Positions 48,791 through 58,046 are shown, numbered from the stretch's first letter. The stretch: DNA of 64,000 nt from Nanobdellota archaeon (GCA_022565615.1 JAIUMM010000002.1:884-64883); one strand, 5' to 3'. The notes: a model not told the origin generated them from the letters alone. Numbers and translations are program-made.

Positions 48791-49306
48791 ATGAGTAGTA
48801 AAAAAATATCTTTTGATCCTAATGGTGTTAGATTGATTCAAAGGTTGGTTGAACCTTCATACCATAGTGACTCAACTGCTTGGAGTAGAGTAAGAGGACT
48901 TACAAGAGAACAAAAAGAAGCAATCTCAGATGTATTTGCCTTTGATTATATGGGGAATAGTGAATTTGAATTTGGAGAACCTAAAAAGGCTTTAAATGAT
49001 ATTGCAAAATATTCAAATAACAGTAAAGGAAGAACTGGATTAATTGAAATTTCAAATACTCCATTATTTTATCTGTGTCATAGAGGAGTTGAAGAAATAG
49101 TTGAGAATACGATTCAAAGATTTAGTAATAATGATAGAACTGGTTTAGCTGAACCTTTATATTTAAGAGAAAAATTAGGTCTAGAAGAAAGTTTTCATCC
49201 TGAAATTGATAGATTAAGTGGTTGGTTAGATTGTGGTAACAATTGGGCTTTTTTTGCTAATGAAAAAATGTTTCAAAGATTTAAAAAATTATTCCCAAGA
49301 TTATAA
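48791..49306 (+). CDS. hypothetical protein
   Basis: 171-aa ORF directly downstream of repeat copy A. No motif recognised. Confidence 0.55.
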   Translation: MSSKKISFDPNGVRLIQRLVEPSYHSDSTAWSRVRGLTREQKEAISDVFAFDYMGNSEFEFGEPKKALNDIAKYSNNSKGRTGLIEISNTPLFYLCHRGVEEIVENTIQRFSNNDRTGLAEPLYLREKLGLEESFHPEIDRLSGWLDCGNNWAFFANEKMFQRFKKLFPRL

Positions 49307-49376
49307 ATATTTTTAAAATTCTAAAGCAGTTAAGTAAAATAGATATTAATTTAAATACAATCTCCTTTTCTTATAT

Positions 49377-50228
49377 ATGAGTAATAACATTTGGAAAGAT
49401 TCAAATCATTTATATCTTCTCTCTCAAACTGTTCAAAATTTAAGAAGAATGAGAACTGCTTGTGTATCATCAGGTTTAACATTTTCACAAAAATTAAATA
49501 AAAATATTAATAATTTTGCAGGAGGAAATCAAAGGGAAATTTCTCCTAAACAAGCGTATCAAGATGCACAAGAATTAGCAAATTTAATGTCCTCTATTAG
49601 TTCAAAAGGAGTAATTATGGGAGAAATGGATGATAAATTAATAAGAGATATTGAAATATTTCTACAAGACTCTACAAAAGATTACGGATTATATGAAGAA
49701 GGAACATTTTCAGGTGCAGGGATGCAAAATGTAATTTTTCGTTCAATGAAAGGAAGAATGAAATGTTTAACATATGATCCTGAACATTTTTTAACTTGGG
49801 AACTTACAATAAATAATAATTTAGGTAATAACAAATCTTTAACTGATGCATTATCAAAAGAAATGCCTTCAGTAGTTGCCCCACTCTCAGGAGATTATTT
49901 ATTAGCTTTAATTTACAGCAAATATTTAGAACAAACAAGGGGAAAATCATTTGAAATAGCTCCAATAATGTTAAGTAGTGATTTAGAGACTTATTATTAT
50001 CCAAAAGATAACTTAGAAAAACTTCCATACCTGAATAAAAGAAAAATAGGAGTATATACAGATACAAAAGATTCAGGAAGCACTATTGAAAGATTAGATG
50101 AAATTCTAAGACAAGTGTATAAAGAGACACAATGTGAAATTTTAGAATCTCCATTTGACCCTGAAGTTTATCAAGCAAGAGAAAAAGTTATGAAAATATT
50201 TCAAATAATAATAATTCTCCAGCAATAA
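49377..50228 (+). CDS. hypothetical protein
   Basis: 283-aa ORF. Its last ~5 codons run into repeat copy B. Confidence 0.55.
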   Translation: MSNNIWKDSNHLYLLSQTVQNLRRMRTACVSSGLTFSQKLNKNINNFAGGNQREISPKQAYQDAQELANLMSSISSKGVIMGEMDDKLIRDIEIFLQDSTKDYGLYEEGTFSGAGMQNVIFRSMKGRMKCLTYDPEHFLTWELTINNNLGNNKSLTDALSKEMPSVVAPLSGDYLLALIYSKYLEQTRGKSFEIAPIMLSSDLETYYYPKDNLEKLPYLNKRKIGVYTDTKDSGSTIERLDEILRQVYKETQCEILESPFDPEVYQAREKVMKIFQIIIILQQ

Positions 50229-50292
50229 TGTTATGTGAAGATAATATGACAAATTGTAGGAGAATTGACTAAATAAAGATATATTTATAAAT
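50215..50292 (+). repeat. 78-bp promoter-bearing repeat, copy B
   Basis: See copy A. TTTATAAA lies at 50284-50291, 22 nt upstream of the ATG at 50314. A 7-bp inverted repeat ATTCTCC…GGAGAAT flanks the conserved core. Confidence 0.85.
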
Positions 50293-50313
50293 ATTATAAT
50301 TCTTATAATATAT

Positions 50314-50517
50314 ATGATACAAGTTGCAAATAATTATACTACTATTAGAATTGATAGAGAAACTAAAAAAATGCTTGATTCAATTACTCCAAGAGATGTA
50401 TCTTACTCAGAGATGATTAGAAAACTTGCTTCAATAGTTGATGAAAAGGAAGTAGCAGAATTATTTATTCAATCTTTAAAATCCTCCTCTAAATATGTTT
50501 CAATTGATGAACTATGA
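50314..50517 (+). CDS. ribbon-helix-helix (CopG-like) antitoxin candidate
   Basis: 67 aa. The N-terminal strand-helix TTIRIDRETKKMLDSI…SYSEMIRKLASI fits RHH. Its stop overlaps the next ATG (ATGA). Confidence 0.5.
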   Translation: MIQVANNYTTIRIDRETKKMLDSITPRDVSYSEMIRKLASIVDEKEVAELFIQSLKSSSKYVSIDEL

Positions 50518-50855
50518 AAAAAGTATTAATTGATGAAAAAGTTAAAGCTCTCATTAATACAAAATTTAAATCTGATAAGAAACAGATTATTTCTTACTTT
50601 AAAAAATTAGAGTTAAATTCTCAATTAGGTGATTTTGTATTTGCAATAAGTAATGTAGAATGTAGAGAAATAAAAATTAAAGGGATTAGAATGTTTACTG
50701 TACAGTATAGAAATCAGATTTTTATATCTATTGATGATACATTTTATGACACTATAAAAATAATTAATATAGCAAGAAAAAATAAATCTATGGAGCAGCA
50801 AAGAATTATTGATAATATTAAGAAGAGAATAAAATCTTTTGGAATGGATATATAG
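50514..50855 (+). CDS. RelE/ParE-superfamily toxin candidate
   Basis: 113 aa. The pattern …DKKQIISYFKKLELN…CREIKIKGIRMFTVQYRNQIFI…IKIINIARKNKS matches the RelE/ParE/HigB-like layout. It is translationally coupled to the RHH gene. Confidence 0.45.
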   Translation: MKKVLIDEKVKALINTKFKSDKKQIISYFKKLELNSQLGDFVFAISNVECREIKIKGIRMFTVQYRNQIFISIDDTFYDTIKIINIARKNKSMEQQRIIDNIKKRIKSFGMDI

Positions 50856-50902
50856 AAAAATATTACAAAAATTTAAATAAATATCAAATAAATATAATTC
50901 TA

Positions 50903-51508
50903 ATGGTTAACGATTTAACAAATATTCTTATAGAAGTAGGACTTGCTCGAAATCAAGTTCACAATCACAGATTTTCTCAAATTAGAACTGAAAATCCTTC
51001 AAATTTAAAAAAATATATTCTAGAAGAATCTCAAAGATTAAATTTTGACTTACCTACAAATCCCTATGTATTATATTACACTCTTGGAGATGCTGATTTT
51101 GATGAGGCTCAATTGTGGTATCCTTTTTTAGAAACAAATTCTTATCCTCAAAATAATGTTAGAAGAAATCTTGAACATAATCTTTTATTACATGAAATAA
51201 GAGATGTTAGCAGAACTTTATCCTCAAGAGGAGATGGGTATGAAGTGTTAGAAGTATTTAAACATAGTGATGAAGAAATAAAACCTAGAGAAAGAATTTT
51301 TGCTCTTCCTCGTTTTAGAGTATATGAATATGGAGAAGTTGTAAGAGAATCAGATTTAGTAGGAGAAAGAGAATATGCAGATAATTTTAGAGAAGAAGAT
51401 AGAGAAAAGAGATTAGAAATGTCTAGACAACGTGCAAAACAAACAAGAAGAGATTGTGGAGGAAGATATAGAAGAATGGCTAAAATGATTACAGAAAAGA
51501 GAAGATAA
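50903..51508 (+). CDS. hypothetical protein with Arg/Glu-rich C-terminus
   Basis: 201-aa ORF. ATTTAAATAA lies 23 nt upstream of the ATG. Confidence 0.5.
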   Translation: MVNDLTNILIEVGLARNQVHNHRFSQIRTENPSNLKKYILEESQRLNFDLPTNPYVLYYTLGDADFDEAQLWYPFLETNSYPQNNVRRNLEHNLLLHEIRDVSRTLSSRGDGYEVLEVFKHSDEEIKPRERIFALPRFRVYEYGEVVRESDLVGEREYADNFREEDREKRLEMSRQRAKQTRRDCGGRYRRMAKMITEKRR

Positions 51509-51533
51509 AATTACATTTATTATAGGTTTAGTG

Positions 51534-52061
51534 TTAAATTAATTCTTCCAATCTTTTTCTATCTAATTTTTTAAGAGGTTCAATTGAGCCAATATTAATA
51601 CCATCTCCTATTTCAATAAACGGATTTTTTATCATCTCAGGAGTTCCAAAAACAACAAATTTTTCATCATAAATAGTATATGCAAGAGAAACTATTTGTA
51701 CATTGCTTCCTCTATAAACAGGTTCAGAGAGTTTACTTAAAAATGAATCAACTCTTTGAAGAGATAAATTATTAGGTTTTGGATATTTAATTCTTTTAAA
51801 TTGAGGTGTTATAATACTAAAATTTTGAAAACTCCACTCATCAATATTTGGGTCTATTAATCCAATACCAAAACAATGTTTAGACATACTTCCACAATGT
51901 TTTAAGCCTTGTTTCATTTGTTTTAGAAATTCATTAATCCCAAGATAACTACGAGAATCATCAAAATTTCTAAATCCAAATTCTTCAAGATATTTTCTTA
52001 TATTAAAATTAGGAGAAGAATTTGCACATTTTTGAAGTTCTTCTAATGCTGTTTCAATCAA
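51534..52061 (-). CDS. hypothetical protein, paralog family member 1
   Basis: 175 aa. It aligns with ORF 52893-53444: SPNFNIRKYLEEFGF vs NPNFDILQTMGTFGF, and ITPQFKRIKYP…SLQRVDSFLSKLSE vs YTPEFRRFRNT…PKSSIDTLCEILSQ. Confidence 0.55.
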   Translation of the reverse strand: MIETALEELQKCANSSPNFNIRKYLEEFGFRNFDDSRSYLGINEFLKQMKQGLKHCGSMSKHCFGIGLIDPNIDEWSFQNFSIITPQFKRIKYPKPNNLSLQRVDSFLSKLSEPVYRGSNVQIVSLAYTIYDEKFVVFGTPEMIKNPFIEIGDGINIGSIEPLKKLDRKRLEELI

Positions 52062-52117
52062 CTTAATTAAATAATAACATAAATATATTTAAATACTTCT
52101 CTTATAATTATTATTAT

Positions 52118-52900
52118 ATGAGTTCTCAACATTATAAAGAAGAAGATATTAAATTAGTTCAAGAAGTAGTTGAGAAAATAATAATTTTACTATCACAAAA
52201 TTCTTTTAAAATAATTAAAGAATTATCAACAAAAAAATTAAATAGTTTTGATGCTATAATTAGAGAATTTCAAAGAATAATATATATAGAATTAACAATT
52301 CAAAATGTAATTGTACAATCTCCTTACGAGTTTGTATCTCCATATAAACCATTACTTTCAAAAGAAATTAGAAAAGAAGGAAGAAGTGATAGTAATTCAA
52401 TAAGTTCAGGAGTTGGAACATATTTATCAATAATAATTGCTCTATTTTTAATTTCAAAAGGATTAGAAAAACATAATTTTCAAATCTCAAAAGAATACTT
52501 TGAACTTCTTGCATACTCTTCTCTTGATATAATTGATTATAATAAAAAAATATTTGGTGTTGAAGTAATACATCAAAAACTATTTAATTTTATTCCTATC
52601 AAACCAAGAGTTATAATCTCAAATTCTATTCCTTTTCTCAATGATGCACTCTTTAAATTAGGTGGAGGAGCATGTCCATATACAAATGGAAAAAAAGGTA
52701 AAGATTTAAATGCTAAATTAATTACTCAATCTTTAATATTTTTAGAACAATTTTATCAAAAAATTTTATCAAAATATGAACATTTAGAATATAAACCAAA
52801 TACAATACCTGATTTTCTCATAATATTAAGAGGAGAGTTTGATGCTATAAATTTTGAACATTTATATAATAATCCTTCAATTTTTAAAAAAATTAACTAA
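52118..52900 (+). CDS. hypothetical protein
   Basis: 260-aa ORF between the two paralogs. It has one central hydrophobic segment (GTYLSIIIALFLISKG). Confidence 0.5.
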   Translation: MSSQHYKEEDIKLVQEVVEKIIILLSQNSFKIIKELSTKKLNSFDAIIREFQRIIYIELTIQNVIVQSPYEFVSPYKPLLSKEIRKEGRSDSNSISSGVGTYLSIIIALFLISKGLEKHNFQISKEYFELLAYSSLDIIDYNKKIFGVEVIHQKLFNFIPIKPRVIISNSIPFLNDALFKLGGGACPYTNGKKGKDLNAKLITQSLIFLEQFYQKILSKYEHLEYKPNTIPDFLIILRGEFDAINFEHLYNNPSIFKKIN

Positions 52901-53444
52901 AAAATTCTTCCCCAATTTTAATTTGAGGAATACTTCCATTAATTTTAATATTTCCTTTTTTATTATCATACATTATTCTATTTATAGCATCATAATAATG
53001 AGAATTATCACTCTTTACTCTTAAACACTTAGATAAGAGGAATTCTGATTTTTTTCTAAAATCAACTCTTCTAATTACAACATCATCTTTTAATTCTTGA
53101 GATAATATTTCACATAATGTATCTATTGAACTTTTAGGTAATCCAGTAGTATTTCTAAATCTTCTAAATTCAGGCGTATATAAATCAATAGTGCCAAATT
53201 TGTCTTCTTCATCTTCAAAAGAACATATATAGCACAAATCTTTACTTCTCCCATTTAATATAATAGGAATCATCGGATTCTTAGAGTTATTAAATAATGA
53301 GTTTAATTTAGATTGAATTCCTCTATATTCTCTATGATTAAATGATATTGGAAATCCAAATGTTCCCATTGTTTGTAAAATATCAAAATTAGGATTTTGA
53401 ATATACTTTCTTAATTCTAAATGTGGAACTACCATAAAAGACAT
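52893..53444 (-). CDS. hypothetical protein, paralog family member 2
   Basis: 183 aa. See 51534-52061. It overlaps the convergent 260-aa gene by 8 nt. Confidence 0.55.
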   Translation of the reverse strand: MSFMVVPHLELRKYIQNPNFDILQTMGTFGFPISFNHREYRGIQSKLNSLFNNSKNPMIPIILNGRSKDLCYICSFEDEEDKFGTIDLYTPEFRRFRNTTGLPKSSIDTLCEILSQELKDDVVIRRVDFRKKSEFLLSKCLRVKSDNSHYYDAINRIMYDNKKGNIKINGSIPQIKIGEEFFS

Positions 53445-53480
53445 AATTACTTTATCTTTTTAAATATGTTTATAAGTTAA

Positions 53481-53780
53481 TTGGGCTCTATAAATTGTAT
53501 GATTGAATTTATAGTAAATCAACTTTTAGAAGGATTTTCAAGATATTATGGACTTGATTATATTAGTTTTATACTTGGAGTGAGTGGAACAATTTTACTC
53601 ACTAAGAAAAATGAAGCAGGATTTTTGCTCACAGCAAGTTCAGTAGTTCTTGCATCAATTGTAGCTGTAATTGCTCAACAATATGGATTTTTAGTTGCAA
53701 ATACTGTAAGTTTTGTATTACTTATTAGAGGATTTATTATTTGGAGAAAAGAGAAAAAATTAGTAATTAAAACAATTTAA
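53481..53780 (+). CDS. small 3-TM membrane protein (PnuC- or semiSWEET-like?)
   Basis: 99 aa from a TTG start; an in-frame ATG at 53499 gives MIEFIVNQ…. It has three hydrophobic helices. LLTKKNEAGF and the terminal GFIIWRK are weakly PnuC-like. Confidence 0.35.
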   Translation: MGSINCMIEFIVNQLLEGFSRYYGLDYISFILGVSGTILLTKKNEAGFLLTASSVVLASIVAVIAQQYGFLVANTVSFVLLIRGFIIWRKEKKLVIKTI

Positions 53781-53788
53781 ATTAATTA

Positions 53789-54181
53789 TTAAAATAATCT
53801 ATCTAAATCAACATTACATGTTAAATTTAAATTGTGAGTATGTTTAGTAGTTTTGTATGGAAGAAGTTTTCCATTTAGTGCTTTTTTAATAATTTCTTCT
53901 TTAGTACAACGTAAGTGTAGTCTATTTGGATAAAAATCAAGAATAAAAGAAGAATCTTGAACATAATTTACATATACAACAGGAATAAATTTACATCCCA
54001 AATCCAGAAGAACACTATACCTATGATGTCCATCTAAAATAACATTTGATTTTTTATCAATTATAATTGCTCTTTCAATAACATTATTCTCAGCAATACC
54101 TGCACTCACAACTTCATAATTCTCAAAATCAACTTCTTCGTGAGGAAGAAGAGCATCAATTTCAACTATTTCAAACGACAT
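53789..54181 (-). CDS. ParB/sulfiredoxin (Srx)-fold domain protein
   Basis: 130 aa. IDALLPHEEV… followed by AIIIDKKSNVILDGHHRYSVLLDLG shows the DGxHR motif of ParB-N/Srx-fold proteins. Last gene of the minus-strand operon. Confidence 0.6.
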   Translation of the reverse strand: MSFEIVEIDALLPHEEVDFENYEVVSAGIAENNVIERAIIIDKKSNVILDGHHRYSVLLDLGCKFIPVVYVNYVQDSSFILDFYPNRLHLRCTKEEIIKKALNGKLLPYKTTKHTHNLNLTCNVDLDRLF

Positions 54182-54211
54182 TTTATATTAATATTTATTA
54201 TAGTACTTTTG

Positions 54212-55489
54212 TTATTTTAAATGTTTCTCTTTATATTCTAAAAAACCACCTTTTAAATAAGAATAATTCAAATTATATTTTTTATTCATAAAAGCACTAA
54301 TTTTTTTAGAACTTTTTGAATTTGTACAGACAAATAGAACTTCATTAAAATTTTTAAATATATTCTCCTCTTCTACTAATTCACATAATTGTTGATAACT
54401 AATATTAATTGAGTTTTGAATTGATTCAAGTTTAAATGAAATTGAAGATCTCAAATCAACTATTAAATTTGATTCTTTAACTAAGTCCTGAGATTTAGAA
54501 TACATTTCAATCTCTTCTAGATTTAAATTAGAGACTGAAAATTTAGAAGAAGTTTGAGCAAATAAATTAGGTCTGTGTTTTTTAATATAATCTATATAAG
54601 GTTCAACTCTATCACATGCAATAAATACAATATTAATTGGAGTCTCAATTTTTTTATTGTTAAAAAAGTTAATAACACTTTGATAAGTAGCTCCTCCAGT
54701 TGGACCTACCAAAAGTCCACATCTTTGCTGCAAAGTGAGCATTCCATTAATTGCATCATTTATTGTACAAGTATTAATTGAATCATAAAATTCTTTTTTG
54801 AAGAACCCTGTTTCCCACATCTCATTTAAACTTCTTCCCCCAGGAATATATTCATCTTCTTCTGATACCACTCCAATTATTGAAGTACTTCTTTCTTTTT
54901 TTAATACTTCCCCAACACCTCTTGAACTACCTCCAGTTCCTAAAAAACTAAAAAAATAATCTACTTTTTCTAAATCTTCAATAATCTCAATTCCCATTTT
55001 TTTTTGAGAATTAGGATTATTCTCGTTTTGATATTGCTTAGTATAAAAATACTTTTGAGGATTTGAGTTTTCAAGTTCCATTGCAATAAATTTTGGATCA
55101 TTTCTATCATTTGGATTACTAGGCCTACACTCTAAGACACCTGGAAATTCAACAATTTCGCAATTTAATAATTGAAGAATTTCTCGCACATTATTCTCTT
55201 TAATTCTATTAGTGTAATTTTGAAAAGTAATATTTTCTTTTGAACATAAAATACACAGAGCTTTTGAAGTATTTCCACTTGAAGATTCGATAACGATTTT
55301 ATTATTATTTTTAATATCTTCTAAATTATTTTGAATCATTCCCCAAGCAATTCTATCTTTTAAAGATCCAAATGGATTAAATAATTCTAACTTAGCATAT
55401 ATATTTAAATTTTCAATATTGTGAATTTTTGAATCAATTTCAAGAATTGGAGTATTTCCAATTAATTGAGTTACATCTTTAATTATCAT
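54212..55489 (-). CDS. CysK/CysM/SbnA-type PLP beta-replacement enzyme fused to a C-terminal rhodanese-like domain
   Basis: 425 aa. Motifs: NPFGSLKDRIAWGMI (PLP lysine), SSGNTSKAL, FLGTGGSSRGVG (phosphate loop). The C-terminal ~100 aa has a rhodanese layout (LIVDLRS…LFVCTNSKSSKKISAFM…LKGGFLEY) and retains the loop Cys. Confidence 0.75.
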   Translation of the reverse strand: MIIKDVTQLIGNTPILEIDSKIHNIENLNIYAKLELFNPFGSLKDRIAWGMIQNNLEDIKNNNKIVIESSSGNTSKALCILCSKENITFQNYTNRIKENNVREILQLLNCEIVEFPGVLECRPSNPNDRNDPKFIAMELENSNPQKYFYTKQYQNENNPNSQKKMGIEIIEDLEKVDYFFSFLGTGGSSRGVGEVLKKERSTSIIGVVSEEDEYIPGGRSLNEMWETGFFKKEFYDSINTCTINDAINGMLTLQQRCGLLVGPTGGATYQSVINFFNNKKIETPINIVFIACDRVEPYIDYIKKHRPNLFAQTSSKFSVSNLNLEEIEMYSKSQDLVKESNLIVDLRSSISFKLESIQNSINISYQQLCELVEEENIFKNFNEVLFVCTNSKSSKKISAFMNKKYNLNYSYLKGGFLEYKEKHLK

Positions 55490-56981
55490 TTTCTTCTAAA
55501 ATCTCCCAGTTATTAGTATCTATATTAGTTACTTTAAAATACTTACTTTTTTTTTGCATTAAAGGAGATGCATCTTGAAAATAAGACTTATATGCTCCTG
55601 TATTTGTAAAAATAATCATATCACCAATTTTAGGTTCATTATTATTATTATTATTTTCAATATAAATAGGTCTTCTCATCAATATATCATCTTCAGAGCA
55701 AGTATTTCCAAATAAATACATTTTTGAAGCATTACTTTGAGGTTTAATAATAACTTTAGTAGGTAGAGAGCTATTAATATTATTATAATTATTCAAATTT
55801 TCATCACTTGAAGAAATATATATAGGGTCACACAATGATTCAAAAAATGTTGAAGAGATATTTGAAGAATTAATATTACAACTAGAAATATAAGAATTGT
55901 CTTTATATTTTTTCACATCAATTATTTTTGCAATTGAAATTCCACTTTGTTCTAGTAAATTATAACCAGGTTCTAAGCAAAGAGTAATATTTAGTTCTTC
56001 TAAAATCTTAGAGATTGTAATATGTTCATTAAAATTAGTATTTAATATTTCGTTAAAATATGATAATTTGTTAAACATTCCTTGATATACTTTTTGTTTT
56101 AGGATTTGAAGTCCTTTAACTTGATTATTAATCAATGATAAATCATAAAAATCATTTCTCCAATTCTCAGAGTGCTCATTGTGTTGTAATTTTTGACTCA
56201 AGATATTTAAATAGTCTCTATATGAATGAATATCTTTAACATGATGAAGAGGACTAAATGCTCCTCCAATATTTATAATAGTTGTATTAAAACCAATTTC
56301 TCTTGTTTTTATAACTTGAGTAATCATTTCTTTAATAAACTCAGCTTTTAATTCTCTTTGAACTTCACTTCTATGAATATGAAACCCTTTTAGTTCAATA
56401 CTATTGGAATTTTGAGTTATTAGAGAATAACACTCATCTAAATCCTCAATTAAAATACCAAATCGTGAATCTTTTAATGTAATATTTCCATATGAAATTC
56501 TTGGATTACTAATTCTAAGTAAAATAGATGTTTTAGAATTTTCTAAATTATGTTCTTTTTTAATTGAAATAATTCTTATTAATTCATTAATACTATCACA
56601 AGAAATTAAACAGTTTTTTTCAATGGCTAGTTTTAAAAAAGAATCACTTTTAGGACCAGTACATTCAATTCTTGAACCTTCAAACCCAATTTCCAAAACA
56701 TCAAGTAATTCATTCTCAGAAGCAACATCAATGTGTATATCATTATCAAGAGCTACTTGTGTAAATATTTTTGAAGGATTTGCTTTTTTAGCAAAATATA
56801 TTCTGGTATTACATTCAAAATTATCTTTAAAAATATTTTTAAATTGAGTAATATGGTTCTCCATTATTTGTGGGAATAGTAAGTGAATTGGTGAATCTTC
56901 TTCTTTAAATTTAGAAAGTAAATTTGTTTTATTTAGAAAATCCTCAATTAAGGGATGAATATAACTTTCAACTTTTATCAT
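55479..56981 (-). CDS. fold-III PLP-dependent decarboxylase (Orn/DAP/Arg decarboxylase family)
   Basis: 500 aa. Motifs: IYFAKKANPS (PLP Lys), IDVASENEL, INIGGAFSP, EPGYNLLEQSG, LFGNTCSEDDIL, TNTGAYKSYF. Asn-rich insertions are present. It overlaps the next gene by 11 nt. Confidence 0.8.
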   Translation of the reverse strand: MIKVESYIHPLIEDFLNKTNLLSKFKEEDSPIHLLFPQIMENHITQFKNIFKDNFECNTRIYFAKKANPSKIFTQVALDNDIHIDVASENELLDVLEIGFEGSRIECTGPKSDSFLKLAIEKNCLISCDSINELIRIISIKKEHNLENSKTSILLRISNPRISYGNITLKDSRFGILIEDLDECYSLITQNSNSIELKGFHIHRSEVQRELKAEFIKEMITQVIKTREIGFNTTIINIGGAFSPLHHVKDIHSYRDYLNILSQKLQHNEHSENWRNDFYDLSLINNQVKGLQILKQKVYQGMFNKLSYFNEILNTNFNEHITISKILEELNITLCLEPGYNLLEQSGISIAKIIDVKKYKDNSYISSCNINSSNISSTFFESLCDPIYISSSDENLNNYNNINSSLPTKVIIKPQSNASKMYLFGNTCSEDDILMRRPIYIENNNNNNEPKIGDMIIFTNTGAYKSYFQDASPLMQKKSKYFKVTNIDTNNWEILEENDN

Positions 56982-57058
56982 TTTTTCTATAAATAATATT
57001 AATAAGGGTGATTTTATAATTATTCGTATAATTAATTAGTTATTCAAAGAATTATTAA

Positions 57059-58045
57059 TTATTTATTGTTATCAAATATGATTTTCTCATATGTAAACTG
57101 AGATAAATCAACATTTGAGATATCTTCTCCATAATAATCATTATACCAGCTCTTAGATATTTTAGTATGTAATTCAACTAATTTTTGTAAATAATTATTC
57201 CAATTTTTACTACTTAAAGAAGTGATATAAACTTCAATAGAGTGTAAAATTTCATGATATTCATTAACAATTTCTTGAAGAGAGATTTCTAAACCTTGTT
57301 CAATTTTTCTAAATTTAGTACTTAGAGGAAATAAGAATAGTTTGGAATCTTTAAGAATTGAATTATTTTTAAGTTGAGATTTGATAAATTCTTCATCTTC
57401 TTTATTGGTAATTTTATTTCCAATAATACAAATATTAGTAAGATTTGAATTTTCTTCAACTAATTTTTCAACAAAATCAGAACAAACTTGAATTGATTTT
57501 AATGTAGGTTCAACTATAAAAAATAGAACATCATAACTCATAAATAATGAAGTTCCTAAAATATCAGACCCTGCTGTTGAGTCTATAAGTACAATTTCAT
57601 CTTTTTTATCAATTAAGTGATGTAGTAAAATTTCAAGTGAGTTTAATTTTGAATGATAACAATTACTTCCGATATCTTCTTTTGAATAATTTCCAACTTT
57701 TGTAAATAAAATATTATTTTTTTTAACAAAAAATTCTTTAAAAATATAATCATTAGAATTTACTTGAATAAATTTAGAAGTATGATTTGGAGGAGTAGTA
57801 CCAATCATTTTAGAAACACAAATATCACATCTTCCATTGTGAACATATTGAGTTAATTCTTCAATTCTCTCTCCAATTGGAATTTTATCAAATTCAATAT
57901 TTAGAGCAGTATTAAGATGAGAATTTAAATCAGCATCAATTACTGCAAGTTCTCTATTTAGATATGTAGATGAAAAATATGTAGCAAGTAACGATGTAAT
58001 AGTAGTTTTTCCACTACCGCCTTTTCCAACAATTCCAATTCTCAT
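57059..58045 (-). CDS. CooC/MinD-type (deviant Walker A) SIMIBI ATPase
   Basis: 328 aa. Motifs: MRIGIVGKGGSGKTTITSLLA (KGGxGKT), VLIDSTAGSD (Walker B-like), and GSNCYHSKLNSLEILLHHL at the position where CooC-type proteins carry CxC. Confidence 0.7.
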   Translation of the reverse strand: MRIGIVGKGGSGKTTITSLLATYFSSTYLNRELAVIDADLNSHLNTALNIEFDKIPIGERIEELTQYVHNGRCDICVSKMIGTTPPNHTSKFIQVNSNDYIFKEFFVKKNNILFTKVGNYSKEDIGSNCYHSKLNSLEILLHHLIDKKDEIVLIDSTAGSDILGTSLFMSYDVLFFIVEPTLKSIQVCSDFVEKLVEENSNLTNICIIGNKITNKEDEEFIKSQLKNNSILKDSKLFLFPLSTKFRKIEQGLEISLQEIVNEYHEILHSIEVYITSLSSKNWNNYLQKLVELHTKISKSWYNDYYGEDISNVDLSQFTYEKIIFDNNK

Positions 58046-58046
58046 T

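Noticed and set aside
49377-50228. PRTase-like PRPP-binding loop in the 283-aa island protein (RKIGVYTDTKDSGSTIERL).
   Set aside because: The hydrophobic run and the TG/SGxT-like turn are present, but the acidic pair (DD/ED) is replaced by TD. I see no other PRTase features, so the evidence is too weak to call.
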